The notes under the pieces are model-generated. The model worked only from the letters and a program-made list of their open reading frames with translations, searched no databases and was not told the DNA's origin. From positions 90,954,001 through 91,018,000 of the forward strand of contig OZ260663.1 of NCBI GenBank assembly GCA_965285935.1: DNA of 64,000 bases, written 5' to 3'. The stretch is from Ophelia neglecta. Taxonomy: Eukaryota. This document shows positions 35,634 to 46,107 of this stretch, piece after piece; positions within the stretch are counted from its first letter, which is position 1; the number at the start of each line of letters is the position of its first letter. Position numbers and translations under genes: made by a program.

Positions 35634-35967
35634 TGTGGTAGTCGAAATTCCCGCCCTGTTTAGTTCTTGTAATTACCACCGCCAGCATTAACGCCAAAAC
35701 TATTAGATATCCTCTTCTGATTGGTCCTACGTAGCCCACTGTGTTTGGCGGTATCCCACTAGAGGCATTCAGCCACTAGCTCCGCTAACCACAAGATGTT
35801 TTCAGCTCTCTTGGACACAATCCAGTTCCTTACTGGATTTATTGTTATAACTAGGTCTATTGCACGTGTTAACTGCACTGTACATAATGATGCTAGACGG
35901 AATAAAATTCCTATGAACCCAAATAACGATAGGCCTAGAGCATGAGTGTTCTTTTCTCTATACCACC
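35634..35967 (+). repeat. 5' LTR, copy 1 (334 bp)
   Basis: Matches 44246-44579 (3 differences counted) and 50463-50788; AATAAA at 35901; terminal CA mutated to CC. Confidence 0.93.
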
Positions 35968-35969
35968 AA

Positions 35970-36041
35970 TGGCGCCCGATGTGGGGCTCGAACTCACGAC
36001 CCTGGGATTAAGAGTCCCATGCTCTACCGACTGAGCTAATC
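35970..36041 (-). tRNA. tRNA-Lys(CTT)-derived sequence (positions ~5-76 incl. CCA) forming an extended Gypsy PBS; not a canonical tRNA gene
   Basis: Minus strand reads GATTAGCTCAGTCGGTAGAGCATGGGACTCTTAATCCCAGGGTCGTGAGTTCGAGCCCCACATCGGGCGCCA: D arm, CTT anticodon arm, T arm and encoded CCA; 5' GCCC missing. Confidence 0.88.
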
Positions 36042-36323
36042 CTAATCCTGCGCTTATCCCATTTTTGTTTTATTTCATTGATGTGACTGCATGATTGGTT
36101 ATATATATGCTCCAAATATTGAACTTATTATTTATGTTAGTTAAGTGACTAGGGTATTGTACCTTTTAGTGGTTCTCCCAACCTTGAGGCATCTCATCCC
36201 AAGTCACGAGTCGTGTGTGAAGTGAGGTACCTGTTAGATGGTGGTTTGGACTATATACCTGTTGGTATCCTGTTGTTGCGTATAAGAATAATTATTTTGC
36301 AAGTATTGGGTCATTCTTGCACT

Positions 36324-37465
36324 ATGTCTGATCTGGACGAAACTGAGATCACTAGAGATAACTTCTTAGCATTAAGAGAAGAATTGAATAACCTAAAGGT
36401 AAGCTATTATGAACTTAAGTCGAAGTCCGACTTGGGTGAGGTTAAGCCTGAAACATTGCCTAAGGAGATAATTGAGCATCAACAGGCTGTGGTGATATCC
36501 AGGGAAAAAAGTTTTCCAAATTATCTGGTCGGGCATGTATCCTGGTGATCCAAACGTGAAAGAGTGGATTCAAGATTTATCTCTGTACTTGAAATCCCAA
36601 AACTTGAATGATAATGAAAAAAGATCTCTTGTTCTTGAGCATCTAACTGGAGATGCAAAGAGAGAGGCTAGGTTTAGACTTCGTCCAAACACGACATATT
36701 CTGACTTGTTAGAAATTATTGGTGAAGTTTTCAGTGATCACCAATCCCTATCATCACTACAAAAAGAGTTTTATACAAGAGTTCAGGCTAAGGACGAGTC
36801 TTTACTTTCTTATTCTATCAGGTTATTAGATATGATGAATTGGATATCACAAGAGACTGGTATGTCTATGCAGGAGGTGGATTCTGCACTCATAGAGAGA
36901 TTCTCTGAGGGTATAATTGATGAATCCCTTAAGAGAGATCTTCGCAGACTCCACGAAGAGAGCCCTCGTCTCCTCTTCCATGAATTAAGAGACAAGGCTA
37001 TAAGGTGGACACTAGATGGTCAACCTACAGATAGAACTGCAAATATTCAGTCAAATTTAGTGTCTGCAAAGGCCGAAAGTAGTATTTTAAAGACCTTAGA
37101 AGAACAGCAAAAGCAAATTTCAATGCAGACTAATAATTATGGAAAAAATGTTAGATAGATTAGAACCTGGGTCTAGAAATAGGTCAAAGTCTAGGGCAAA
37201 GCAGGATCCCAAATCTAAGAGTGATACCAAGTCAAAGTCTGATACTAGGACTAGTAGTAAAGGTCGTGATCAACGCCCCAAGGTTGAAATAAAATGCTAT
37301 AATAGTGGAGGTCTCGGTCACAAAAGTCCAGACTGTCCATCAGCAAAGGGTATTCTTAAGGGTCGATGGACAGGGAAGGGTGATGGTGTTTCATACCAGA
37401 ATAAAGATAGTCCCACACAATACGAGGATGCTGGCAGCCGCGAGAACAGCCATTCGTCAAACTAG
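36324..37465 (+). pseudogene. Gypsy gag, frameshifted (copy 1)
   Basis: ORFs 36213-36548, 36535-37158 and 37139-37465 join by frameshifts; CYNSGGLGHKSPDC is a CCHC knuckle with C>S. Confidence 0.88.
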
Positions 37466-37479
37466 AGCCTCCCTACAAT

Positions 37480-40400
37480 GTGAGCCAATTGCAGGGGAAT
37501 GTTGAGGCAGGCTCGGTTGTTTTAGAAAACTGGTGTAGTTCCGCGGTTGGCCAGTGCCATCACGATGAAATATTATTAGGTGGTGTTTTAACAAAGTGCC
37601 TGTTGGACACAGGGGCCCATGGGTCCCTAATCAAGAATTCCTTCTTTATTGACAACTTTGAGAGCAAAATTGACAGTGTTCAAACCGATATCACTAATTA
37701 AAGGCTTTCAGCAGCAAATGGCATTAGCATTCCTTATTTGGGTATTGTCTGTCTTGATCTGGAAATTGGTGACCAAATATTTAAAGATCAAGTATTTTTT
37801 CTTGAAAATGCCAATGACTCTAGTAATAACGGCGCTGGTGTTACCATTGGTTGCAACATTTTTAGGAACATTGGTTCTTTTGGCAGTGCTGTTGCAAATA
37901 AACTGCCACCAGCATGGAAAAGTTTGGTATCTCTGTATGTAGACTCTGATTCTCAGTCCAAAGCATCACTGATCCAAATTGGTGGCCAGCCAGAACTTGT
38001 ACCAGCTAGGTCTGTTAAGATAATCCGTGGGCGATAATCTTTTACGACAGGTAAAATGGTCCGTGGCTTAGTGCAGGCAGTTAGTGGTAACTCTGGTTCA
38101 CTACCGAGAAACCTGATGATTGTTGATACGTACCCTGAGATCAGTAACAGAAATGTTAATGTTAAATGTGTCAATCTAAGTGATAATGATGTTTGGCTAC
38201 CAGCGAAATCCCTAGTGGGCGTATTGTATATAGATGCAAAGGCTGAGCAAACTCCAACACAGATTGATGTAGATGTAGTGAATGGAAATATAGAGATTTC
38301 TGTGCATAAAAATACGGTTGCTATTGAACAGTCAATTCCGCAGGTCCCGCAAATTACTAAGCTAGAGGATTGCCCTGATTGGCTAAGGGACGTTCAGTTT
38401 CCTGACGAATTTTCAGAATCTCAGAGACTGAGCGCTATGAACTTGCTTGGTGATAATTCTGACATTTTCTCCAATCAGAAGACACCAAATTGGGTTTTAC
38501 AACCTCAGTTACACATAAGATACAATTAACAGATGAAAAACCGGTGAAGATTCCACACAGACGAATCCCACCACAGCTTATTACAGAGGTCAAGGAGCAC
38601 CTAGACAAACTCCTTCAACAGAACATAATAAGACACAGCACAAGCCCTTATGCTGCTCCTGTAGTTCTTGTTAGAAAAAAAGACAACAGTCTACGCTTAT
38701 GCGTTGATTATAGACAGTTGAACAGTAAAACGGTAAAGGATGCTTATCCATTGCCAAGGATAGATGAGGTTCAACCTATTTTTCATCGTTGGACCTGAAC
38801 CAAGGATACCAACAAGTTCCTATGGATGAAGGTGATATTGCTAAGACTGCGTTTAGAGTTGGAACGGGAGGACTTTATGAATACTTACGGATGCCTTTCG
38901 GCCTTTGTAATAGCCCTGGTACATTTCAACGGTTGATGGAAATGTGCTTTCAACAACAAAATTTTGAAATCCTGATCTTGTTCTTGGATGATGTTCTGGT
39001 TTTCTCCAAAACTTTTGAAGAGCATATCCAACGCCTACAAACAGTATTTTCCATACTGAGAAAACATAATTTGAAATTGAAGCTTAAGAAATGTAATTTT
39101 TTTCAAAGCGAGGTGAAATATTTAGGCCACATTGTAGGAAAAGACGGCATAAAAACTGATTCAGACAAGACGAAAGCTATTGATGAATGGCCAGTTCCCA
39201 AGACAGAACCTGAACTACGTAGTTTTCTCGGTCTCGCCGGGTACTATAGGAAATTTGTTCACAATTTCGCTAAGATAGCTTTCCCTCTTCATAAGCTGTT
39301 GGGAAAAACTCCCAAGAAAAAAGGTCGCAAAAAGCAAGTGACAAATAACGAACAATTCCTCACGAAATGGAATGATGAGTGTACCACTGCGTTTGCCACC
39401 CTCAAAGATAGATTGGTAAATTCGCCCATTTTAGGTTATCCAGACTTTGGTAGAGAGTTTGTACTCGAAACCGATGCCAGTTTTCAAGGTTTGGGTGCAG
39501 TCTTAAGTCAAGAGCAAGAGCACGGGAAGGAAGTCATAGCATGTGCATCACGAAGTCTAAAACAGGCCGAAAATAACGAAAAAAAATTACAGTTCAATGA
39601 AATTAGATCTGTTAGCACTTAAATGGGCCATCACGGACAAATTCAAAGACTACCTCATTGGTTGTCCTGGTTTTGTAGTCTTTACAGATAACAACCCTCT
39701 GAGTTATCTACAATCCGCCAAGTTAGGGGCAACAGAAACTAGATGGGCTGCTCAATTAGCACAGTATAATTTCACTGTGAAATATAGGTCAGGCAATAGC
39801 AACGCGAATGCTGATGCCTTCAGTAGGAGGTCAGAAATAGATCAACAACAGGTAGAACATACGTTGCAAGACATCGGCGACACAACTGTCATTCCCCTCA
39901 CTGGGACATGTATATCTCAGGTCTCAATAAAACCAGAAATCCTCTCTGCTTGGTCCCAAGAATACACCCATGACCAACTAGTGGATTCTCAAAATACTGA
40001 CAGTGTTATTGGTCGCTTTGTAAAAAATCTTTGAAAACCCCAAACCTACTAAACGTCAAGTCTCAAAGGAAAACTGGGAAGTACGTAGACTCTGTAGTCA
40101 GTGGGAAAAACTCAGGCTTGATAATGGCCTCCTGTACAGAGTGGTGTTAAATGAAGGTGTTGAGCTTTGGCAGCTAGTAATCCCAGAAGCACTGAGAAAC
40201 CATATATTACAATTAGCTCATGATAACTGTTGCCATCAAGGCATTGAACGCACTTTCTCTCTTGTACGAAAAAAGTGTTATTGGGTAAAAATGCACAACG
40301 ACGTGGAAAAGTGGTGCTCCAAAGGTCGCCGATGCATGTTGGCTAAAAGCGCACCTGCAACCCCTTCTATTGATAACTTAATTGCTCAACAACCACTCGA

Positions 40401-41501
40401 AATTCTAGCGATAGATTTTACTATCCTTGACCAATCATCCGACGGCACAGAGAACGTTTTGGTTATGACAGATATATTTACCAAATTCTCTAAAGCTGTG
40501 CCAACAAAGAATCAGAAGGCAACTACTGTGGCTAAAATTCTCGTCAACGGATGGCTCGCCCACTACGGCTAACCTCGTAGGTTACACTCCGACCAGGGTA
40601 GAAACTTCGAAAGCCTAGTAATCCAAGAATTATGCAAGCTCTATGGTATTAAGAAAACCAGAACTACTGCATACCACCCAGAAGGAAATGGCCAAACAGA
40701 AAGATTTAATAGAACCATGCACAACCTTTTGCGCACTATCCCTATTGATCAAAAGAGAAAATGGCCCACCTATCTACCTGAACTTACGTATGTCTACAAT
40801 TGTACGCCCCACAAAGCAACAGGCTTGTCCCCTTACTATCTAATGTTTGGAAGAGACCCTATTCTCCCCATTGACATGGCATTGGGTGTTCAAGAATGTA
40901 CCGAAGTAAACTATTCCATAGATGAATGGCTTGAAAAACATCATGAAAATTTACAATCTGCATATGAACATGCACTATCTAAAATTGAGCAAACAGCCAC
41001 CAAGAGACGAACCAAATACAATGAAAAGTCTCACGTTAACGATAAAATCATTCCGATAGGTGCAAAGGTTTTTCTTCGAAAAAGAATACTTGGGAGAAAT
41101 AAAATACAAGATATATGGGATGCTGAACCATATGTAGTTATTTCCAAACCGAGTAACAATGTCTATACGGTTAAGCCTGTGTCCGATTCGGGTGTGACCC
41201 AAAATATGTGTAGGTCAGAAATATTGGACTCTAGAGAATGTTTCCAGGATTCTAGTTCTAATACACAGTCTGACCAGGAAATGATCACAGAAGATAAATC
41301 GATCGACAGCACTGATATTGACGAAAATACATCACTAAATAATGAAGATATTGGGGTCAAAATAACAATTCCTGGAAAAACTGTCCGCCTAGGTTATGTG
41401 CCTGATAATGTTATGTACCCCAATGAAAACAACAAATTGAACCAAGAAAACAATGATGAAAATCGAAATAGTGAAATAAATGAGTTAGGTGATGGTGAAT
41501 C
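37480..41501 (+). pseudogene. Gypsy pol, fragmented (copy 1)
   Basis: Protease, RT, RNase H and integrase motifs spread over about 8 ORF pieces. Confidence 0.92.
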
Positions 41502-42095
41502 AGGTGGATAGCTTCAGACTGGACGGACGTATTGTCTGGAGCTGCAAACGTTTTTCATTTTTTCTCTCATTGGAATGTTTTTTTCCGGTTGGAAAAGGGA
41601 TATTAACCTCATCGGCAGAGAAGAGAACCTGTAAGGGAGTTGTTTTGTCGAAATTATTTTCTTCTGGTGAGAAATTTAAACTTTTAAGCTTTTGAAGGCC
41701 CCGGTCCTCCCTATATCGCCCACTTTTAATTAATTCACTGCATAAACATAGGAACTATCCTGGACTTTAGCGGTTAAGGGGTGTGAAAGCCTATTTCGGC
41801 TCATGCCGACCACAAACAATACCCTGTGGCTTTCACAGTAAACCTGACACTACGACAAGGACGGTCATGTCAGATAGTGAGGAAAGCGGCTTTGAGGCCA
41901 CTCAAACGGAGGAGGATTTTATCAATGTGGTAAAAGAAAAATATGGAAAATTACCCCGTGAGGACTTTGTTACGGCTATTTGTGAGGATATTGGAGTAGA
42001 TGTCATTAAACAAACCCGTGGGGCTATATACGATTACTGTCGAGAGCATATACCCGACACACCCGTAGGGAGGTTGATTACAAGAAAGAACAAAG
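41502..42095. other. Unique 594-bp filler at the duplication junction, with a truncated ORF (ATG 41867, MSDSEESG...GRLITRKNK)
   Basis: No second copy seen in the window; the ORF is cut at the breakpoint and loosely resembles a non-LTR ORF1 N-terminus (impression only). Confidence 0.6.
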
Positions 42096-42462
42096 ATAGT
42101 ACAGTTTTATTTTATTTGGCACATTCATCTTGGGAGAAAATATAGAACCACAGTTTCAAGGCCTATATTGATAAATAGAAAGATATTTCATGTTTAAGCA
42201 CTGCTTGGATAAAAAAAAAAGTTTTATTTTCTTATTATATAGAAATTATTATACTGGTAAATTAAAATAATCTTCTAATTGCCTGAATTAATTTGACACC
42301 ATGTTGTATTGTGTATAAGGCATGTGAATATATCAGTTTTCATCAATAATTTAACAGATGCTTCCTAAAGCATTATATAAATTTGCAATACACTTTATTG
42401 CCATATGAGTTGTTTTGATTTTTATCATGTTTATGTAGTATTTTTCTTCCCACCTCTTTCAG

Positions 42463-42481
42463 ATCCAGTTCCAGATCTTAA
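42463..42481 (+). other. ZRANB2: Duplicated ZRANB2 terminal exon (followed by a 3'UTR copy)
   Basis: Same acceptor (cacctctttcag) and ATCCAGTTCCAGATCTTAA as 33851-33869, inside the tandem duplication. Confidence 0.85.
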
Positions 42482-44245
42482 AACTGAGAGAGATAAAGCA
42501 ATGGTAGCCATTTTGTTAGCATTTGATGTGAAAGAAAACTGTTTAAAGAGGATGTTTGTAAATTTTGCAAGTTTTGGAATTGCCCTGTACAAAATGATCC
42601 AATGGAATTTGAAATGGAATTTGAAAATTTATTCAATCGTTGATCTTAAGAGTACTTAATGTTTGATCTATTTAACAGATACTGGTCCTGGGGATTTTTA
42701 AAGATATCTGCTACCTCTGAAGATAATTATTCAGACCACAAGTAAACCATAATATCAGGATACATTGAAGTATTCAACCTCCATGAATTTGCGTATTATG
42801 TAAAATATTATGATCAATATTATTACAGTGGGGGTAAGAGAAGTAGACAGAGATAAAGCTAGGGGAAGGGGGGTGGCCCAACCCAGGCAAGAAGGGGCCT
42901 ACCCAGGTGCATACCAATTTGGTCTTATTTTCCCCTCTTGTCAACAATTTCTGCCCCACCCCACCTCAAGGACAGAAGGTAGCCATGACATCTTAAACAG
43001 AAAAGAGATGAATTTAGTAATGTTTTGGCCTTTTGAGTGTATGCTTCTCTTGTATTTTTGTTCAGCCAAAAATCCATTTATAATTATAAAGTGCTTATTT
43101 CCAAGATCAAGGTGACTTGTAAAATAAATCATCTACTTGTAAGTAGTATGTACTAAAATGAAACGTCGCTGCACCAGTTAGTCAGCAGTATAATGGTGTA
43201 GCTAAGTTAAGTAACATGAGACTAGATCTAGATGCATTTAGAAAATTAGATCTAGACTGTTCTTTTGAATATATAGAAATAGATCTAGGTCTGGTAGGCA
43301 ATAAATACAGTCAACCACCATTGTCAGACTCATTTTTACAAGCATTCAAGTTACTTTCTGATAAAAACTTGCATGGATATTAGCGTTTCCTGGTAAGTTC
43401 TATTCAGACTACACTAAAAAGAAAGTTTGTTTAAATTCAGCCCTCCTGTTCAGTACCAATGGACACTGTTGAACCCTTCTATTTCATGAGCCTCTCATTT
43501 CGGCATTTCCCGCGTAGGGTCTAACCGGTTAATTGAAAAGATCATGCAAATTAGAGGCACAGTGAGGACATAGGCCTATTGCAGAAACCTCTAAAATGCA
43601 AATTAAGGGGCAGTGAAACAATTTGTATGCCAAAAACGTGCACATTACTGGGCAGCAAATTTAAAGGGTTTACAATACATAATGGTAATATGTTTGTGCA
43701 TGTTAAAATTTGAAGAAAACAAAATGGCGATTGGCATGTTTTTAATTATGCAAAGGAATAATCAGGCTAAAATTTGCAAGTTTCGTGTTCGAGACCTAGC
43801 ATTTTTTTTGCAAAATTGGTGAATTTAAACCTGTGGGAACATTCTTACCGTTATGTACAGTATTTGACTCATTTTTAACACACAAATAAACATGATTTGC
43901 CGCTTGCCTCGGGCTGCAATTGGACGTCTGTAAGTATTGCTAAAAGTTCAGAGTGTGCACCCTGACCAAAAAGGTTCTATAGACTATCTGTAATGGTCAA
44001 ATAATACAGCAGGATTAATTGGCAATTTTTAGGATAACTGATTGGTTGCAAGATTAAAGCTCCCTGATATCGTAATTGTAAACATGTTTGTGCAGAATTA
44101 AATTTGTGCTTTTGCAAACAAAAATATTGTGTTTTATTTCATGGGTAGATATAATAAGGGCCCCATACATGTGAATAGGATATTCATATGCATATACATC
44201 GGGGAAAGGGGTATTTCCCTATCCCAGTCTAGTGGGGATTTGTAT

Positions 44246-44579
44246 TGTGGTAGTCGAAATTCCCGCCCTGTTTAGTTCTTGTAATTACCACCGCCAGCAT
44301 TAACGGCAAAACTATTAGATATCCTCTTCTGATTGGTCCTACGTAGCCCACTGTGTTTGGCGGTAACCCACTAGAGGCATTCAGCCACTAGCTCCGCTAA
44401 CCACAAGATGTTTTCAGCTCTCTTGGACACAATCCAGTTCCTTACTGGATTTATTGTTATAACTAGGTCTATTGCACGTGTTAACTGCACTGTACATAAT
44501 GATGCTAGACGGAATAAAATTCCTATGAACCCAAATAACGATAGGCCTAGAGCATGAGTGTTCTTTTCTCTATACCACA
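44246..44579 (+). repeat. 5' LTR, copy 2 (334 bp)
   Basis: TG...CA ends with a 7-bp terminal inverted repeat; followed by an AA spacer and the PBS. Confidence 0.95.
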
Positions 44580-44581
44580 AA

Positions 44582-44653
44582 TGACGCCCGATGTGGGGCT
44601 CGAACCCACGACCCTGGGATTAAGAGTCCCATGCTCTACCGACTGAGCTAATC
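44582..44653 (-). tRNA. tRNA-Lys(CTT)-derived extended PBS, copy 2
   Basis: Same 72 nt; T stem intact (GTGGG/CCCAC); CCA mutated to TCA. Confidence 0.88.
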
Positions 44654-44950
44654 CTAATGCTGAGCTCATCTCATTTTTGTTTAATTTCATTGATGTGGTT
44701 GCATGATTGGTTATATATATGCTCCAAATATTGAACTTATTATTTATGTTAGTTAAGTGAAATTTGATGTGATTTGACTAGGGTATTGTACCGTTTAGTG
44801 GTTCTCCCAACCTTGAGGCATCTCATCCCAAGTCACGAGTCGTGTGAAGTGAGTTACCTGTTAGATAGTGGTTTGGACTATATACCTGTTGGTATCCTGT
44901 TGTTGCGTATAAGAATAATTATTTTGCAAGTATTGGGTCATTCTTGCACT

Positions 44951-46093
44951 ATGTCTGATCTGGACGAAACTGAGATCACTAGAGATAACTTCTTAGCATT
45001 AAGAGAAGAATTGAATAACCTAAAGGTTAGCTATTATGAACTTAAGTCGAAGTCCGACTTGGGTGAGGTTAAGCCTGAAACATTGCCTAAGGAGATAATT
45101 GAGCATCAACAGGCTGTGGTGATAACCAGGGAAAAAAAGTTTTCCAAATTATCTGGTCGGGCATGTATCCTGGTGATCCAAACGTGAAAGAGTGGATTCA
45201 AGATTTATCTCTGTACTTGAAATCCCAAAACTTGAATGATAATGAAAAAAGATCTCTTGTTCTTGAGCATCTAACTGGAGATGCAAAGAGAGAGGCTAGG
45301 TTTAGACTTCGTCCAAACACGACATATTCTGACTTATTAGAAATTATTGGTGAAGTTTTCAGTGATCACCAATCCCTATCATCACTACAAAAAGAGTTTT
45401 ATACAAGAGTTCAGGCTAAGGACGAGTCTTTACTTTCTTATTCTATCAGGTTATTAGATATGATGAATTGGATATCACAAGAGACTGGTATGTCTATGCA
45501 GGAGGTGGATTCTGCACTCATAGAGAGATTCTCTGAGGGTATAATTGATGAAACCCCTTAAGAGAGATCTTCGCAGACTCCACGAAGAGAGCCCTCGTCT
45601 CCTCTTCCATGAATTAAGAGACAAGGCTATAAGGTGGACACTAGATGGTCAACCTACAGATAGAACTGCAAATATTCAGTCAAATTAAGTGTCTGCAAAG
45701 GCCGAAAGTAGTATTTTAAAGACCTTAGAAGAACAGCAAAAGCAAATTTCAATGCAGACTAATATTATGGAAAAAATGTTAGATAGATTAGAACCTGGGT
45801 CTAGAAATAGGTCAAAGTCTAGGGCAAAGCAGGATCCCAAATCTAAGAGTGATACCAAGTCAAAGTCTGATACTAGGACTAGTAGTAAAGGTCGTGATCA
45901 ACGCCCCAAGAGAGAAATAAAATGCTATAATAGTGGAGGTCTCGGTCACAAAAGTCCAGACTGTCCATCAGCAAAGGGTATTCTTAAGGGTCGATGGACA
46001 GGGAAGGGTGATGGTGTTTCATACCAGAATAAAGATAGTCCCACACAATACGAGGATGCTGGCAGCCGCGAGAACAGCCATTCGTCAAACTAG
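44951..46093 (+). pseudogene. Gypsy gag, frameshifted (copy 2)
   Basis: Homologous to copy 1, with an additional frameshift and stop. Confidence 0.88.
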
Positions 46094-46107
46094 AGCCTCC
46101 CTACAAT

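Larger units (their letters stand above)
33486..41501 (+). repeat. Tandem segmental duplication, copy 1 (~8.0 kb)
   Basis: Aligns to 42096-49990 from atagtacagtttt to gatggtgaatc; roughly 98-99% identical by eye, with small indels. Confidence 0.95.
35634..41501 (+). mobile_element. Ty3/Gypsy LTR retrotransposon, 3'-truncated copy (5' LTR, gag, PR, RT, RH, IN; no 3' LTR)
   Basis: LTR 35634-35967; gag with zinc-knuckle remnant; protease LLDTGA; RT ([17 protein letters not shown]); RNase H (ETDAS, TDNNPL); integrase (H..H..C..C remnant, AIDF, HSDQG, GQTER) in Gypsy order PR-RT-RH-IN; many stops and frameshifts. Confidence 0.95.

Noticed and set aside
35970-36041. Ordinary functional tRNA-Lys gene (also 44582-44653)
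   Set aside because: CCA is encoded, the first 4 nt of the acceptor stem are missing, and it sits exactly at the PBS position; better explained as primer-derived.
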